A DNA stretch of 64,000 bases. It comes from Holophagaceae bacterium. Its GTDB lineage: Bacteria; Acidobacteriota; Holophagae; Holophagales; Holophagaceae. The DNA lies in NCBI GenBank assembly GCA_046331545.1, contig JAXLQR010000002.1, positions 3,247,080 to 3,311,079 on the forward strand. The letters are read 5' to 3'. A program made the position numbers and the translations under genes. The stretch's first letter is position 1. The number at the start of each line of letters is the position of its first letter. Under the pieces are notes generated by a model, which was given only the letters and a program-made list of their open reading frames with translations, did not search any database and was not told the origin of the DNA. This document shows positions 11,127 through 21,591 of this stretch, in pieces.

Positions 11127-12020
11127 TCAGCGGTACGGGTAGGCCTCCCCGTCGCTGGCCCGCGCCCGCGGGATCGAATCCTGCCGCGCGAGGGTGTGCA
11201 GGTACCAGACCCAGCCCTCGCGTTCGAGGTGGATGAGGTAGCCGCCGTAGAAGGGCTTGGCGGGGAGCTTCCCGGCGTGGCCGAGGCTCTCGAAGATCGC
11301 CTTCAAGGGGAGGCTGGCGGGGTGGGGCGGCAGCTCCTCCCGCGGATCGTGCACGGAGGTCACGAGGGCGCGGACGGCGCCCTGCTTCACCTCGAGGAAG
11401 AGGCCGGCCTGGACGTCGGACTTCCCGAGGTCCATCTGGCGGCGCTGCTCCTCCAGCAGGGCGGGGGAGCGGAAGCGGTACATCACCGAGGCCGCCTCGT
11501 CGTCCCGGGCGTTCACGAGCCCGTCGGGGCGGACCTTCTCCACGTCCACCCGCTCGAGGCGCGCGTCGGCGCGCCAGGCCTGGGCCAGGGAGACGGCCCA
11601 GGGGATCGCGGCCACCGCGTCGAGGTTGCCGGCGCCCCCGGGCGGCTCGGCCACGTCCAGGGCCTGCCAGCCCCGGCCCGCGACCAGCTCCGACGGCTTC
11701 ACCTTCGCCTTGGCGGCGGCGAGGATCGAGGCCTTCAGGCCCTCCCGGCGGCCGGTCATGCCCGCCTTGGCGGTGTCGATGGCCTTGTTGGCGGTGACGA
11801 AGATCCCGCAGGTGACGAGGGCGACGCCGAGCACGGGGATGAGCACGATAGCCGCGACGAACCAAAGCAGCTTGCGGCCAGCCCCCGGCGGCAGCTTCAC
11901 CGCCACATTGGGGCGGAAGGCCGACGTGGGATCGTAGGCCATCCCGCAGTAGGCGCAGGTGACCGGGCCATCGGCCTCGGGGAGGGGCGCGCCGCAACGC
12001 TGGCACTGGCGGGCTTTCAT
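11127..12020 (-). CDS. Zinc-ribbon membrane protein, hypothetical
   Basis: N-terminal CQRCGAPL...CAYCG Zn-ribbon, one TM helix, then an extracytoplasmic domain of unknown function. Confidence 0.55.
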   Translation of the reverse strand: MKARQCQRCGAPLPEADGPVTCAYCGMAYDPTSAFRPNVAVKLPPGAGRKLLWFVAAIVLIPVLGVALVTCGIFVTANKAIDTAKAGMTGRREGLKASILAAAKAKVKPSELVAGRGWQALDVAEPPGGAGNLDAVAAIPWAVSLAQAWRADARLERVDVEKVRPDGLVNARDDEAASVMYRFRSPALLEEQRRQMDLGKSDVQAGLFLEVKQGAVRALVTSVHDPREELPPHPASLPLKAIFESLGHAGKLPAKPFYGGYLIHLEREGWVWYLHTLARQDSIPRARASDGEAYPYR

Positions 12021-12072
12021 GGCACCAGCCTAGCGGGAGAGGGCGGGCCGCGGCCTCTGATAAGGTGATGCC

Positions 12073-12738
12073 ATGCCGCCCGACACGTCGAAGCTGCTCC
12101 TCTGGGGCCTCGCCGCCTTCCTGGCCGGATCCATTCCCTTCGGCCTGGTGATCGTGAAGCTCCTGGGCAAGGGCGACGTCCGGTCCCAGGGCAGCGGCAA
12201 CATCGGCGCGACCAACGTCAGCCGGGTGGCGGGGAAGGGGATCGGGCTCTTCGTCCTCCTCCTGGACATCGCCAAGGGTGTGGTGCCGGTGGTCCTGGCC
12301 AAGCGGGCGGGGATCCCGGAACCCACCTGGCCCTGGATCGGATTCGGCGCCGTCTGCGGCCACGTCTTCTCACCCTGGCTGGGCTTCAAGGGCGGCAAGG
12401 GCGTGGCCACGGCCCTGGGCGTCGTCGCGGCGGTGAACTGGCGCCTCGGGGCCCTGCCCATGGCGGTCTTCCTCGCGGCCCTGTGGTTGACCCGCCACGT
12501 GAGCCTGGGCTCCATCCTCGCCGCGCTGCTCCTGCCCGCGGAGGTCGTGCTCCTTGCCCTGGCGGGCGAGTACGGCGGATTCAGGGCCCTCGCGGACAAC
12601 CTGCCCTACCTCCTGGCCTGGGCCTTCCTCGCCGTCCTCGTCATCGCCAAGCACCACGAGAACATCCGCCGCCTGCAGCTCGGCACCGAGTCCAAGCTCT
12701 GGGGCGGAGCGCCGAAGCCCGGGGACACCGATGGCTGA
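12073..12738 (+). CDS. plsY: Glycerol-3-phosphate acyltransferase PlsY
   Basis: GSGNIGATNVSR motif and multiple TM helices. 221 aa. Followed by gpsA with an ATGGCTGA start/stop overlap. Confidence 0.9.
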   Translation: MPPDTSKLLLWGLAAFLAGSIPFGLVIVKLLGKGDVRSQGSGNIGATNVSRVAGKGIGLFVLLLDIAKGVVPVVLAKRAGIPEPTWPWIGFGAVCGHVFSPWLGFKGGKGVATALGVVAAVNWRLGALPMAVFLAALWLTRHVSLGSILAALLLPAEVVLLALAGEYGGFRALADNLPYLLAWAFLAVLVIAKHHENIRRLQLGTESKLWGGAPKPGDTDG

Positions 12739-13804
12739 GCGTCCCGACGCCGCCGTCCCCGACGCCGCCGTCCCCGACGCCGCCGTCCCCGACGCCGCCG
12801 TCCCCGACATCGCCGTCTTCGGCGCGGGGGTCTGGGGCAGCGCCCTGGCGGTGAACTGGGCGCGCTCCGGGAAGCGCGTGGCGCTGTGGGGCCACACGCC
12901 CGCGAAGATGGCGGAGATGGCGGCGACCCGGCGGCATCCTCGGCTCAACGGAGTCGAGCTGCCGGAGGGCCTGCGGCCCGTGAGCGATCCCGCCGAGGCC
13001 TTCCCCGCGCCGGTGTGGGTCTCCTGCATGACCACCCAGTCCAGCCCGGAGGCCTGGGCGGCCCTGAAGGGCCAGGCTGAAGCCTCGGGCACGGCGTGGC
13101 CCGACGTGCTGCTGCATTCCAGCAAGGGCATCCTCGCCCGGACCCACCAGCGCCTCAGCGAGGCCCTCGAGCCGCTCCTCGGCATCCCCGTGGGCGTCAT
13201 GAGCGGGCCGACCTTCGCCGACGAGGTGGCCCAGGGCCTGCCTTCCGCCCTGGTGATGGCCCTTCCCGCCGCCGTCTCCGACGCCCGGGCGGTGGCGTTG
13301 CAGCACGCCCTGGCCACCGAGCGGCTGCGGGTCTACCTCAGCCGCGACGTCACGGGCGCCGAGCTCTGCGGCGCGCTGAAGAACGTCCTGGCCATCGCCG
13401 CGGGCCTCGTGGAGACCCTGGGCCTCGGCCACAACGCCCGGGCGGCCCTCATCACCCGCGGCCTCGCGGAGATGGCCCGCCTCGTGGCGGCCCTGGGCGG
13501 GTCCCCGGACACCGTCATGGGCCTCGCGGGCATGGGCGACCTGCTCCTCACCGCCACCGGACCCCAGAGCCGCAACCGCCGCTGCGGCGCCTACCTCGCC
13601 GAGGGGAAGACGCTGGCGCAGGCCTCGGAGCTCATGGGCGGCCAGGTGATCGAGGGCGCGAGCACCACCCGCGCCGCCCTGGCCCTGGGGGCCGAGGCCG
13701 GCGTGGACCTGCCGATCACCGAGGAGGTGGGCCGCCTGCTGGACGGCGCCGACCCGCGGGAGGCCGTGGCGCGGCTCATGGGCCGCAGCCTGAAGTCGGA
13801 GTAG
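12731..13804 (+). CDS. gpsA: NAD(P)H-dependent glycerol-3-phosphate dehydrogenase GpsA (with an N-terminal pentapeptide repeat)
   Basis: IAVFGAGVWGSALA Rossmann motif and the conserved GpsA body. The N-terminus carries 4 to 5 copies of a DAAVP unit, encoded by a 15 nt DNA tandem repeat. Confidence 0.88.
   Translation: MAERPDAAVPDAAVPDAAVPDAAVPDIAVFGAGVWGSALAVNWARSGKRVALWGHTPAKMAEMAATRRHPRLNGVELPEGLRPVSDPAEAFPAPVWVSCMTTQSSPEAWAALKGQAEASGTAWPDVLLHSSKGILARTHQRLSEALEPLLGIPVGVMSGPTFADEVAQGLPSALVMALPAAVSDARAVALQHALATERLRVYLSRDVTGAELCGALKNVLAIAAGLVETLGLGHNARAALITRGLAEMARLVAALGGSPDTVMGLAGMGDLLLTATGPQSRNRRCGAYLAEGKTLAQASELMGGQVIEGASTTRAALALGAEAGVDLPITEEVGRLLDGADPREAVARLMGRSLKSE
12746..12820 (+). repeat. 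15 nt tandem repeat (gacgccgccgtcccc) x4 perfect plus 1 degenerate, in-frame in the gpsA 5' end
   Basis: Directly visible: 12746-12805 are four identical 15-mers; 12806-12820 is a degenerate copy. Confidence 0.9.
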
Positions 13805-13837
13805 GCCGGCCCGGCCCGGGGCCGCCCAGGAGGAACC

Positions 13838-14887
13838 GTGTCCAAGCCCTTCCGCTTCCGCATCCCCACCCACGGCACCCTCGTGAAAGAGCCCTTCGAG
13901 CCCGCGGACCCCCCGCCGGGCTGGGTCCGCCTCGCGGTGAAGGCCATGGCCCTCAACCACCTCGACCTCTGGACGACCCGGGGCATCGAGGGGGTGAAGC
14001 TGCCGCTGCCGCTCACGCCCGGCTGCGACGGCGCGGGGATCGTGGAGGCCGTGGGCCCGGGCACGGCCCTGCCGCCGGGGGTCGAGGCGGGAGGCAGCGC
14101 CATGATCGCGCCGGGCCTCTCCTGCGGCCTCTGCGCCGACTGCCTGCGGGGCGACGACATGCGCTGCGCCCGCTACGGCGTCCTCGGCCACGCCTGCGAC
14201 GGCACGGCCGCCAGCCACGTCCTCGTGCCCGCGGCGAACCTCCTGCCCATCCCGCCGAACTGGGACTTCCGCCAGGCGGCGGCCTTCCCCCTGGTCTTCC
14301 TCACGGCCTGGGAGATGCTCCTCCACAAGGCGCGGCTCCAGCCCGGCGAGACGGTGCTGGTGTGGGGCGGGGGCAGTGGCGTCGGCACCGCCGCCATCCA
14401 GCTCGCGAAGTTCCTCGGGGCCCGGCCCCTCGCCGTGGTCTCCTCCCTGGAGAAGGCCATGAAGTGCTGGGAGCTGGGCACGGAGCACGTCATCGACCGG
14501 AGCCGCGAGGACGTGGCTCGACGGGTCCGCGAGCTCACCGCCAAGCGGGGCGTGGACGTGGTGTTCGAGCACACCGGCGCCGCGACCTGGGACGCCAGCC
14601 TCGCCACGCTGGCCCGGGGCGGGCGGCTGGTGACCTGCGGCACCACCACGGGGCACGAGGCCCGCCTCAACCTGCGGGTGCTCTTCGCCAAGCAGCTCAC
14701 CTTGATGGGCTCCTACATGGGCCGCCGGGAGCACCTCTGGACCCTGCTGGGCCACCTCCAGCGCAACCCTTCCAACCCGCCCTTCCGGCCCATCCTCGAC
14801 CGGGTCTTCCCGCTCGCCGAGTACCCCGCGGCCCAGGCCCACCTGGAGGCCGGCCAGGCCTTCGGGAAGGTGGTCTGCGAAGCGTGA
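13838..14887 (+). CDS. Zinc-binding alcohol dehydrogenase / quinone oxidoreductase family protein (MDR superfamily)
   Basis: GCDGAGIVEAVG, GLSCGLCADC and a GxGxxG nucleotide-binding segment. 349 aa. GTG start. Confidence 0.8.
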   Translation: MSKPFRFRIPTHGTLVKEPFEPADPPPGWVRLAVKAMALNHLDLWTTRGIEGVKLPLPLTPGCDGAGIVEAVGPGTALPPGVEAGGSAMIAPGLSCGLCADCLRGDDMRCARYGVLGHACDGTAASHVLVPAANLLPIPPNWDFRQAAAFPLVFLTAWEMLLHKARLQPGETVLVWGGGSGVGTAAIQLAKFLGARPLAVVSSLEKAMKCWELGTEHVIDRSREDVARRVRELTAKRGVDVVFEHTGAATWDASLATLARGGRLVTCGTTTGHEARLNLRVLFAKQLTLMGSYMGRREHLWTLLGHLQRNPSNPPFRPILDRVFPLAEYPAAQAHLEAGQAFGKVVCEA

Positions 14888-15060
14888 AGGAGGGCAGCCT
14901 CCTCCGGGTCCTGGGGCCGGGCTCCGGGCTGGCGGTGGCCCTGTCCCCGCTGGCCGGGGCCCTGGCCCGGGAGCCGCGGCCCGCCCCGGCCCTGGCCGCG
15001 GGCCTCCTGCTCGCGTGGCCCCTTTACCGGGTCACGGGCCCGGCGCGAAGCTGAAGCGCC

Positions 15061-15969
15061 ATGCCCCGCGTCAACAGCCTCCCCTCCGGCACGCCCTTCA
15101 CCTGGGTGGACCTCGTCAACCCCAGCGACCAGGAGCTGCTCAGCTCGGCGCCCACCTACGGCCTGCCCCCCGAGGTCGTCCGGGACTTCCTCAACAAGCC
15201 CCACCTCCCGAAGTTCGAGCGGATGGCGGGCGGACTGATGGTGGTGCTGCGGGCCTACGACGAGCAGGCCCGGGGCAACGACACCTACCAGGCCCTCACG
15301 CGGCGCCTCGTGGTCTTCATCACCCCGGAGTGGTTCTTCACCGTGCGGCGCAAGGACCAGGACTTCGCCGCGAAGGTGGTCCAGCGCTTCGCCCAGCCCG
15401 ACGCCCGGGTCCCCCGGCCCGAGACCCTGCTCAGCCACCTGGCGGCGGGGGCGGTGCGCAGCTACGAGGAGCCCCTCCGGGAGGCCGAGGAGCGCCTGGA
15501 CCGCGTGGAGACGCTGATCCTGGACCGGGGCCACGCCCGGGACCACCTGCGCCACATCTACGCCATCAAGCGTCGCTGCGCGGTCTTCAAGCGGATGCTC
15601 TGGCGCAGCCTCCTGGTGGCGAAGGAGCTGCGGGCGGAGTTCCCGGACGAGGGGGGCTGGTGGTCGGACCTCCAGGAGGAGGCCGACCGGCTCCAGGCCT
15701 GGGCCGACGAGCTGCTGGAGTCGGCCACCCACCTCCTCAACATGCAGCTCGCCCTCCAGAGCCACCGCACCAACGAGGTGATGCGGGTGCTCACGGTCTT
15801 CAGCGCCTTCTTCCTCCCGCTGACCTTCCTCGTGGGGGTCTACGGAATGAACTTCCAGCACATGCCCGAACTGAAGTGGCGCTGGGGCTACGCCCTCGCG
15901 TGGGCCGTCATGGCGGCGACGGTGCTGGGCATCCTCGCCTGGTTCCGGCGCAAGGGCTGGCTGAAATGA
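15061..15969 (+). CDS. corA: Magnesium/cobalt transporter CorA
   Basis: C-terminal two TM helices with YGMNF (GMN motif). About 300 aa. Confidence 0.9.
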   Translation: MPRVNSLPSGTPFTWVDLVNPSDQELLSSAPTYGLPPEVVRDFLNKPHLPKFERMAGGLMVVLRAYDEQARGNDTYQALTRRLVVFITPEWFFTVRRKDQDFAAKVVQRFAQPDARVPRPETLLSHLAAGAVRSYEEPLREAEERLDRVETLILDRGHARDHLRHIYAIKRRCAVFKRMLWRSLLVAKELRAEFPDEGGWWSDLQEEADRLQAWADELLESATHLLNMQLALQSHRTNEVMRVLTVFSAFFLPLTFLVGVYGMNFQHMPELKWRWGYALAWAVMAATVLGILAWFRRKGWLK

Positions 15970-16018
15970 GCCGGTCCCCGCGCCTCCGGCGCGGACTCCG
16001 GCGGCGGGAGGCGATAGG

Positions 16019-18001
16019 ATGAAGGGTTCGGGCCTTCCAGGGCCCGGTGGAGCCCGCTTGACCCCCGAGAATCCGAATCGCATCCCGCACCGCTTCCACG
16101 TCCTCCTGGCCGCCGCGGCGTTCTACCTCGGGGGCTGCACCCTCTTCCGCCTCTTCCTGCTGCTCCGCTTCGGCGGCTCCGAGCCCGTGGGCGCCCTCGG
16201 CGTCCTCAAGGTCTTCGGCTACGGCCTGCGGGTGGACCTCGCCGCGGCCGCCTGGCTGCTGCTGCCCCTCGCCCTCTGGCTGACCCTGCTGCCCCAGCGC
16301 CTCCACGGCTCGCGCTTCCACCAGGTCCTCTTCTGGATCGTGTTCACCGCCTGGCTGGTGGGGCAGACCTTCGGCTTCGTCGTGGAGTACTTCTTCTTCG
16401 AGGAGTTCAACGCCCGCTTCAACTCGGTGGCGGTGGACTACCTGCTCTTCCCCTACGAAGTCTTCGTGAACATCTGGGAGAGCTATCCCGTCGCCCTCTA
16501 CGTCGGCTCCGCGGCGGTGCTGGGCCTGATCTTCCTGCGCCTCGCGCATCCCACCCTGAAGCGGTCGATGGCGGCGAAGGACACCTTCGGCCACCGGCTG
16601 AAGGCGCTCGGCGTCTACCTGCTGGTGGGGGCGGCCGCCGTCCTCTCCATCTCCTACCGGCGCACCCACTTCTCCCCCAGCCGCGTGGTGAACGAGTTCG
16701 CCGGCAACGGCTACTACGCCCTCATCTTCGCGGCCACCACCAACCACCTCGACTACCCCGCCTTCTACGCCACCATCCCCCGGGAGGAGGCCCACGCCCG
16801 GGCCCGGAAGCTCGTGGCCCTGCCCGGGGACGCCTTCGCCTCGCCCACCCAGGGCCTGACCCGGGTGGTCGGCCCGGCGGCGGCGGCGGAGGGCCGGCCC
16901 CGGAACCTGGTGATCATCCTGGTGGAGAGCTTCGGCTCGGAGTTCTGGGGCTGCCTGGGCCGCAAGGACTCGCTCACCCCCGAGATGGACGCCCTGGCGA
17001 AGGAAGGCATCCTCTTCACCAACCTCTACGCCAGCGGCAACCGCACCGTGCGGGGCATGGAGGGGGTGCTGGCCTCCTTCCCGCCCCTGCCCGGGGACGC
17101 CATCCTCAAGCGGGACCGCTCGGACCATGTGGCCACCGTGGCGCGGGTGCTCGCGGACCAGGGCTACCAGCGCACCTTCCTCTACGGTGGGCGCGGCGTC
17201 TTCGACGGCCTCCGCTCCTTCATGGTCCGCAACGGCTACGAGCGCTTCATCGAGCAGAAGGACTTCCCCTCCGACGCCTTCAGCACGGTCTGGGGCGTGG
17301 CGGACGAGGTGCTCATGGACCGCGCCGTCGCCGAGTGCCGCGCCATGAGCCAGTCCGGCAAGCCCTTCCTGGCCACCCTGCTGACCGTGAGCAACCACAA
17401 GCCCTACACCTACCCGGCGGGCCACATCCCGGAGGATCCCTTGGCCAAGCGCCGGGAGCACGCCGTGAAGTACACCGACTGGGCCATCGGCGAGTTCTTC
17501 CGCAAGGCGAGGAAGGAACCCTTCTGGCAGGACACGCTCTTCGCCGTGGTGGCGGACCACGGGGCGCGGGTCTACGGGCGCCAGACCATCCCCATCCACT
17601 CCTACGAGATCCCCCTCCTCATCGTGGACCCGCGCGCCCCCCAGGCCCGGCGGGTGGACACCCTGGGCGGCTCCCTGGACGTCTCGCCCACCCTGCTCGC
17701 CATGCTGGGCCCGCGCTACCGCAGCACCTTCTTCGGCCGCGACCTGCTGGCGCCCCTCCCCGCGGAGGAGCGCTGGGCGGTGATGCACCACAACCGCGAC
17801 GTCGGCCTCTACCGCAACGGCCGGATGGTGGTGCTGGGGCTGAAGAAGTCCAAGGAGTTCTACGCCATGGACCCGGCGACGCGCCTGCTGGTCCCCTCGA
17901 AAAAGGAGGGCGCGGGCGACGAGGAACTGGAACGGGACGCCACGGCCCTCTTCCAGGTCGCCGACGAGCTCTACACCTCCGAGCGGTACCGGACGAACTG
18001 A
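16019..18001 (+). CDS. Sulfatase-domain membrane protein, LTA synthase / phosphoglycerol transferase family
   Basis: Five N-terminal TM helices followed by an alkaline-phosphatase-superfamily (sulfatase) domain (LVIILVESFGSEFWG...). 660 aa. Confidence 0.7.
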   Translation: MKGSGLPGPGGARLTPENPNRIPHRFHVLLAAAAFYLGGCTLFRLFLLLRFGGSEPVGALGVLKVFGYGLRVDLAAAAWLLLPLALWLTLLPQRLHGSRFHQVLFWIVFTAWLVGQTFGFVVEYFFFEEFNARFNSVAVDYLLFPYEVFVNIWESYPVALYVGSAAVLGLIFLRLAHPTLKRSMAAKDTFGHRLKALGVYLLVGAAAVLSISYRRTHFSPSRVVNEFAGNGYYALIFAATTNHLDYPAFYATIPREEAHARARKLVALPGDAFASPTQGLTRVVGPAAAAEGRPRNLVIILVESFGSEFWGCLGRKDSLTPEMDALAKEGILFTNLYASGNRTVRGMEGVLASFPPLPGDAILKRDRSDHVATVARVLADQGYQRTFLYGGRGVFDGLRSFMVRNGYERFIEQKDFPSDAFSTVWGVADEVLMDRAVAECRAMSQSGKPFLATLLTVSNHKPYTYPAGHIPEDPLAKRREHAVKYTDWAIGEFFRKARKEPFWQDTLFAVVADHGARVYGRQTIPIHSYEIPLLIVDPRAPQARRVDTLGGSLDVSPTLLAMLGPRYRSTFFGRDLLAPLPAEERWAVMHHNRDVGLYRNGRMVVLGLKKSKEFYAMDPATRLLVPSKKEGAGDEELERDATALFQVADELYTSERYRTN

Positions 18002-18043
18002 GCCGCCGCGACGTCCCCCCTTGCTAGATTTGGATTCGAACCT

Positions 18044-19105
18044 TTGGGAGCGCCCATGAAAGTGCTGATCCTCGGCGTGAACGGCTTCATCGGGAGCCAT
18101 CTGGTGGGCCGCATCCTCCGCGACACGGCCTGGGACGTCTACGGCATGGACCTGGGCACCCACAAGATCACCGACCACGTGGGGCATCCCCGCTTCCACT
18201 TCGTGGAGGGCGACATCACCATCAGCAAGGAGTGGATCGAGTACCACGTGAAGAAGTGCGACGTGGTGCTGCCGCTCGTCGCCATCGCCACCCCGAAGAT
18301 CTACGTCACGGATCCGCTGCGGGTCTTCGAGCTGGACTTCGAGGAGAACCTGCGCATCGTCCGCCAGTGCGTGAAGTACCGGAAACGCGTGGTCTTCCCC
18401 AGCACCTCCGAGGTCTACGGCATGTGCGGGGACGCCGAGTTCGACGAGGAGACCTCGCCCCTGGTGACCGGCCCCATCCCCATGCAGCGCTGGATCTACA
18501 GCACCAGCAAGCAGCTCCTGGACCGCGTGATCTGGGCCTACGGCCAGAAGGAGGGCCTGCAGTTCACCCTCTTCCGGCCCTTCAACTGGATGGGGCCCAA
18601 GCTGGACAGCCTCAACACCGCGAAGGAGGGCAGCTCGCGCCTGGTGACCCAGTTCGTCTGGAACCTGATCCAGGGCCAGCCCCTCAAGCTCGTGGATGGA
18701 GGTGCCCAGCGGCGGTGCTTCATCGACGTCGAGGACGCCATGGACGGCCTGATGATGATCCTGCGCAACGAGGGCGGGAAGGCCGACGGCGGCATCTTCA
18801 ACATCGGCAACCCGAAGAACGACCACAGCGTCCGCGAGGTGGCCGAGATGCTCCGCGGGCTCTGGAAGGACCACCCGAAGCGCGCCGAGCTCGGGGTGGC
18901 CCTCAGCGAGCTGGTGGAGACCAGCAGCGGGGAGTTCTACGGCAAGGGCTACCAGGACGTGCTGACCCGCACGCCGAGCATCCACCGCATGCGGGAGGCC
19001 TTCGGCTTCGACCCGAAGATCGGCATGATGCAGAGCCTGGCCACCAGCCTGGACTTCTTCCTGAAGGAATACGCCGCCATGGAGCAGGTGGCCGACGAAG
19101 GCTGA
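18044..19105 (+). CDS. ArnA C-terminal-domain-like NAD-dependent UDP-glucuronate oxidative decarboxylase (UDP-4-keto-pentose forming)
   Basis: Near-colinear match to E. coli ArnA residues about 315-660: [75 protein letters not shown]. Standalone, with no N-terminal formyltransferase domain. Confidence 0.8.
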   Translation: MGAPMKVLILGVNGFIGSHLVGRILRDTAWDVYGMDLGTHKITDHVGHPRFHFVEGDITISKEWIEYHVKKCDVVLPLVAIATPKIYVTDPLRVFELDFEENLRIVRQCVKYRKRVVFPSTSEVYGMCGDAEFDEETSPLVTGPIPMQRWIYSTSKQLLDRVIWAYGQKEGLQFTLFRPFNWMGPKLDSLNTAKEGSSRLVTQFVWNLIQGQPLKLVDGGAQRRCFIDVEDAMDGLMMILRNEGGKADGGIFNIGNPKNDHSVREVAEMLRGLWKDHPKRAELGVALSELVETSSGEFYGKGYQDVLTRTPSIHRMREAFGFDPKIGMMQSLATSLDFFLKEYAAMEQVADEG

Positions 19106-19117
19106 GGCCCCCCGACG

Positions 19118-20806
19118 ATGACGCGCCGCGACCGCCTGCAGCTCCTGGCCGCCTGGGTCCTCCTGGGGCTGCTGCCCCTCTTCATCCGGCCGCTCTGGGA
19201 GCCGGACGAGACCCGCTACGCCGAGATCCCGCGGGAGATGCTCGCCACCGGCGACTGGCTGGCGCCCCGGCTCCAGGGCCTCCTCTACTTCGAGAAGCCC
19301 CCCCTGCAGTACTGGCTGTCGGCGCTCTCCATGAAGCTCTTCGGCCTGAATGCCCCGGCGGCGCGCCTTCCCCTGGCCCTGGCGGCGGGGCTCATGATGC
19401 TCGCGGCCTGGCGCCTGGCCTGGCGCCTGGGGGCCCGGCGGCCGGCCTGGGCGGCCATCCTGGCGGGCACCACGTTGCTGGGCTTCGTCACGGGCCAACT
19501 CCTCACCCTGGACGCCCTCTTCACCGCCTTCACCCTGGCGGCCCTGGCGGCGGCGGTGGAGGCCGTCACCGCGCGGGTGGAGGACCGGCCCCACCTGCCC
19601 TGGACCCTGGGCGCCTTCGCCGCCTGCGCCGCGGCCATGCTCACGAAGGGCCTCGCGGGCCCCGTGCTGCTGGGCGGCGTGCTGCTCTTCTCCCTGCCCG
19701 TGGCGTGGCGGGACGCGCGGCTCCGCCGGGCGGTGCTCGCCACCGGCTTCCATCCCCTGGGCTGGGCCTGCTTCCTGGCCCTGGCGGCGCCCTGGTTCGT
19801 GCGGGTGGACCGCGCGCACCCGGGGCACGCGGCCTACTTCTTCATCCACGAGCACTTCGCCCGGTTCAGCAGCACCGTCCACAACCGCCAGGGCGCCGCC
19901 AACCCGCTCCTCGACAAGCTCTACTTCGTGGGCGTGCTGGCCCTGGGGCTCCTGCCCTGGCTGAGCATGGCCGTCGTGGGGCTGAAGCGGGGCCTGGCCT
20001 TCTTCCGCCGCGCCTCGGGCCCGGTGATGGAGGGCGCCTCCCTGCGCCGGTGGACCGTGGCGGCGGTGTGGTGGGCCGCCCTCTGGCCCTTCCTCTTCTT
20101 CACCTTCTCGGGCTCCAAGCTGCCGCCCTACGTCCTCCCCTGCGTGGTGCCCCTGCTGGCCCTCGCCTGCGCCTTCGAGCGCGAGGGGGAGGAGCCCGCC
20201 GCCCTCCGGCGCGCCGCCTTCGAGCTCTTCATCCTGGGCGCGGTGCTGATGGTGGCCGCCGTGGTCTTCCGGGCCGAGGTGGACGGAGAGGAGTGGGCCT
20301 TCGCCGCGGGCTTCGCCTACGGACTGCTCGGGCTCTGGGCCCTGAGACCCCAGGCCCTGGGCGGCCTCACGGCGCCGCGGTGGCTGGCCGCCCTGGCGGG
20401 CTGCAGCCTGCTCTTCGTCGAGGCCGGGCACCGGGTCGCCATTCTGGACAAGGACCCGGCCCCCCTGGTCGGGGCGGCGCCGCCCGGCGCCCAGTGGATC
20501 AGCTACGGCGTCCATTTCCACGGCCTCCCCTTCCACGCCCGGCAGCGGGTGGCCGTCGTCGCGGGCACCGGAGAGCTGGCCGACGGGCGCGATCGCGCGC
20601 CCCAGGCCGAACGCGAACGGTGGATCCCCGAGCACGCGGGGGACCTGCTCCCCCTGGCGCGGCGCATGCGCGCCGAGGCGCCCGGCCGCCCGGTCGCCCT
20701 GCTCGCCAAGGAACGGGACTGGGATCGTGCCCTCCCCGAGGCCCGGACGGCCTTCCGGGAGCTGCGGCGGCAGCACGGCATGGTGCTGGCGGTGCTGGCG
20801 GAGTGA
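19118..20806 (+). CDS. GT39 family glycosyltransferase (ArnT / PMT_2-like undecaprenyl-phosphate-sugar-dependent transferase)
   Basis: WEPDETRYAEIPREM and EKPPLQYW motifs characteristic of ArnT/GT39. About 12 TM helices. 562 aa. Confidence 0.8.
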   Translation: MTRRDRLQLLAAWVLLGLLPLFIRPLWEPDETRYAEIPREMLATGDWLAPRLQGLLYFEKPPLQYWLSALSMKLFGLNAPAARLPLALAAGLMMLAAWRLAWRLGARRPAWAAILAGTTLLGFVTGQLLTLDALFTAFTLAALAAAVEAVTARVEDRPHLPWTLGAFAACAAAMLTKGLAGPVLLGGVLLFSLPVAWRDARLRRAVLATGFHPLGWACFLALAAPWFVRVDRAHPGHAAYFFIHEHFARFSSTVHNRQGAANPLLDKLYFVGVLALGLLPWLSMAVVGLKRGLAFFRRASGPVMEGASLRRWTVAAVWWAALWPFLFFTFSGSKLPPYVLPCVVPLLALACAFEREGEEPAALRRAAFELFILGAVLMVAAVVFRAEVDGEEWAFAAGFAYGLLGLWALRPQALGGLTAPRWLAALAGCSLLFVEAGHRVAILDKDPAPLVGAAPPGAQWISYGVHFHGLPFHARQRVAVVAGTGELADGRDRAPQAERERWIPEHAGDLLPLARRMRAEAPGRPVALLAKERDWDRALPEARTAFRELRRQHGMVLAVLAE

Positions 20807-20847
20807 TCGGCCTTGGGGCCCGGCCCGGGGAACTCCATGATGAAGCC

Positions 20848-21591
20848 ATGAGCTCCCGCCTCCTCGAGAAGATCACCGCCAAGGACCACCGCCTGGCCAG
20901 CTACCGCTACTTCGAGCTGCTGGTGCACCTCTACGTGGTGGTGCTCCTCATCTCCAACCTCGTGGGCCAGAAGACCTCGGCCTTCGGCCCCTTCCGGGTG
21001 AGCGGGGCCCAGCTCCTCTTCCCCATCACGTACATCTTCAGCGACATCTTCACGGAGGTGTACGGCTACGCCGCGTCCCGGCGCGCCATCTGGATCGCCT
21101 TCGTGGCCTCCATCCTCATGGCGGCCATGGGCATGTTCATGGTGTGGATCCCGCCCGCCGAGGGCTTCCGGAACCAGGCGGCCTTCGAGGCGGTCTTCGG
21201 CGCCGTTCCGCGCATGGTGGCGGCCAGCCTCCTGGCCTTCTGGGCCGGCGAGTTCACCAACTCCTACGTGCTGGCGAGGATGAAGGTCTGGACCGGCGGG
21301 CGGTGGCTCTGGACCCGCACCATCGGCAGCACCGTGGCGGGCCAGCTGGTGGACAGCATCATCGTCACCTTCGGCTTCTTCTACGGCCGGGAGAGCGTGC
21401 CCCACATCCTCCAGATCATCGCCTCGGGCTACGTGGCCAAGGTGCTCTACGAGAGCCTGGCCACGCCGCTCACCTACGCCATCGTCCACGGGCTCAAGAA
21501 GGCGGAGGGCGTGGACGTCTACGACGTGGGGACGGACTTCAACCCCTTCGGGCGGGAGAAGCGGACGGAAGGGCCGGCGGAGGCGCCGTGA
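20848..21591 (+). CDS. YhhQ/VUT family queuosine-precursor transporter-like membrane protein
   Basis: DUF165-type sequence (LISNLVGQK...FSDIFTEVYGY). 6 TM helices. 247 aa. Confidence 0.65.
   Translation: MSSRLLEKITAKDHRLASYRYFELLVHLYVVVLLISNLVGQKTSAFGPFRVSGAQLLFPITYIFSDIFTEVYGYAASRRAIWIAFVASILMAAMGMFMVWIPPAEGFRNQAAFEAVFGAVPRMVAASLLAFWAGEFTNSYVLARMKVWTGGRWLWTRTIGSTVAGQLVDSIIVTFGFFYGRESVPHILQIIASGYVAKVLYESLATPLTYAIVHGLKKAEGVDVYDVGTDFNPFGREKRTEGPAEAP

Noticed and set aside
14884-15054. Small ORF (VKEGSLLRVLGPGSG...) between the alcohol dehydrogenase and corA.
   Set aside because: It is the tail of a long artefactual frame, with no motif and no start context. It is more likely a promoter/UTR region for corA.
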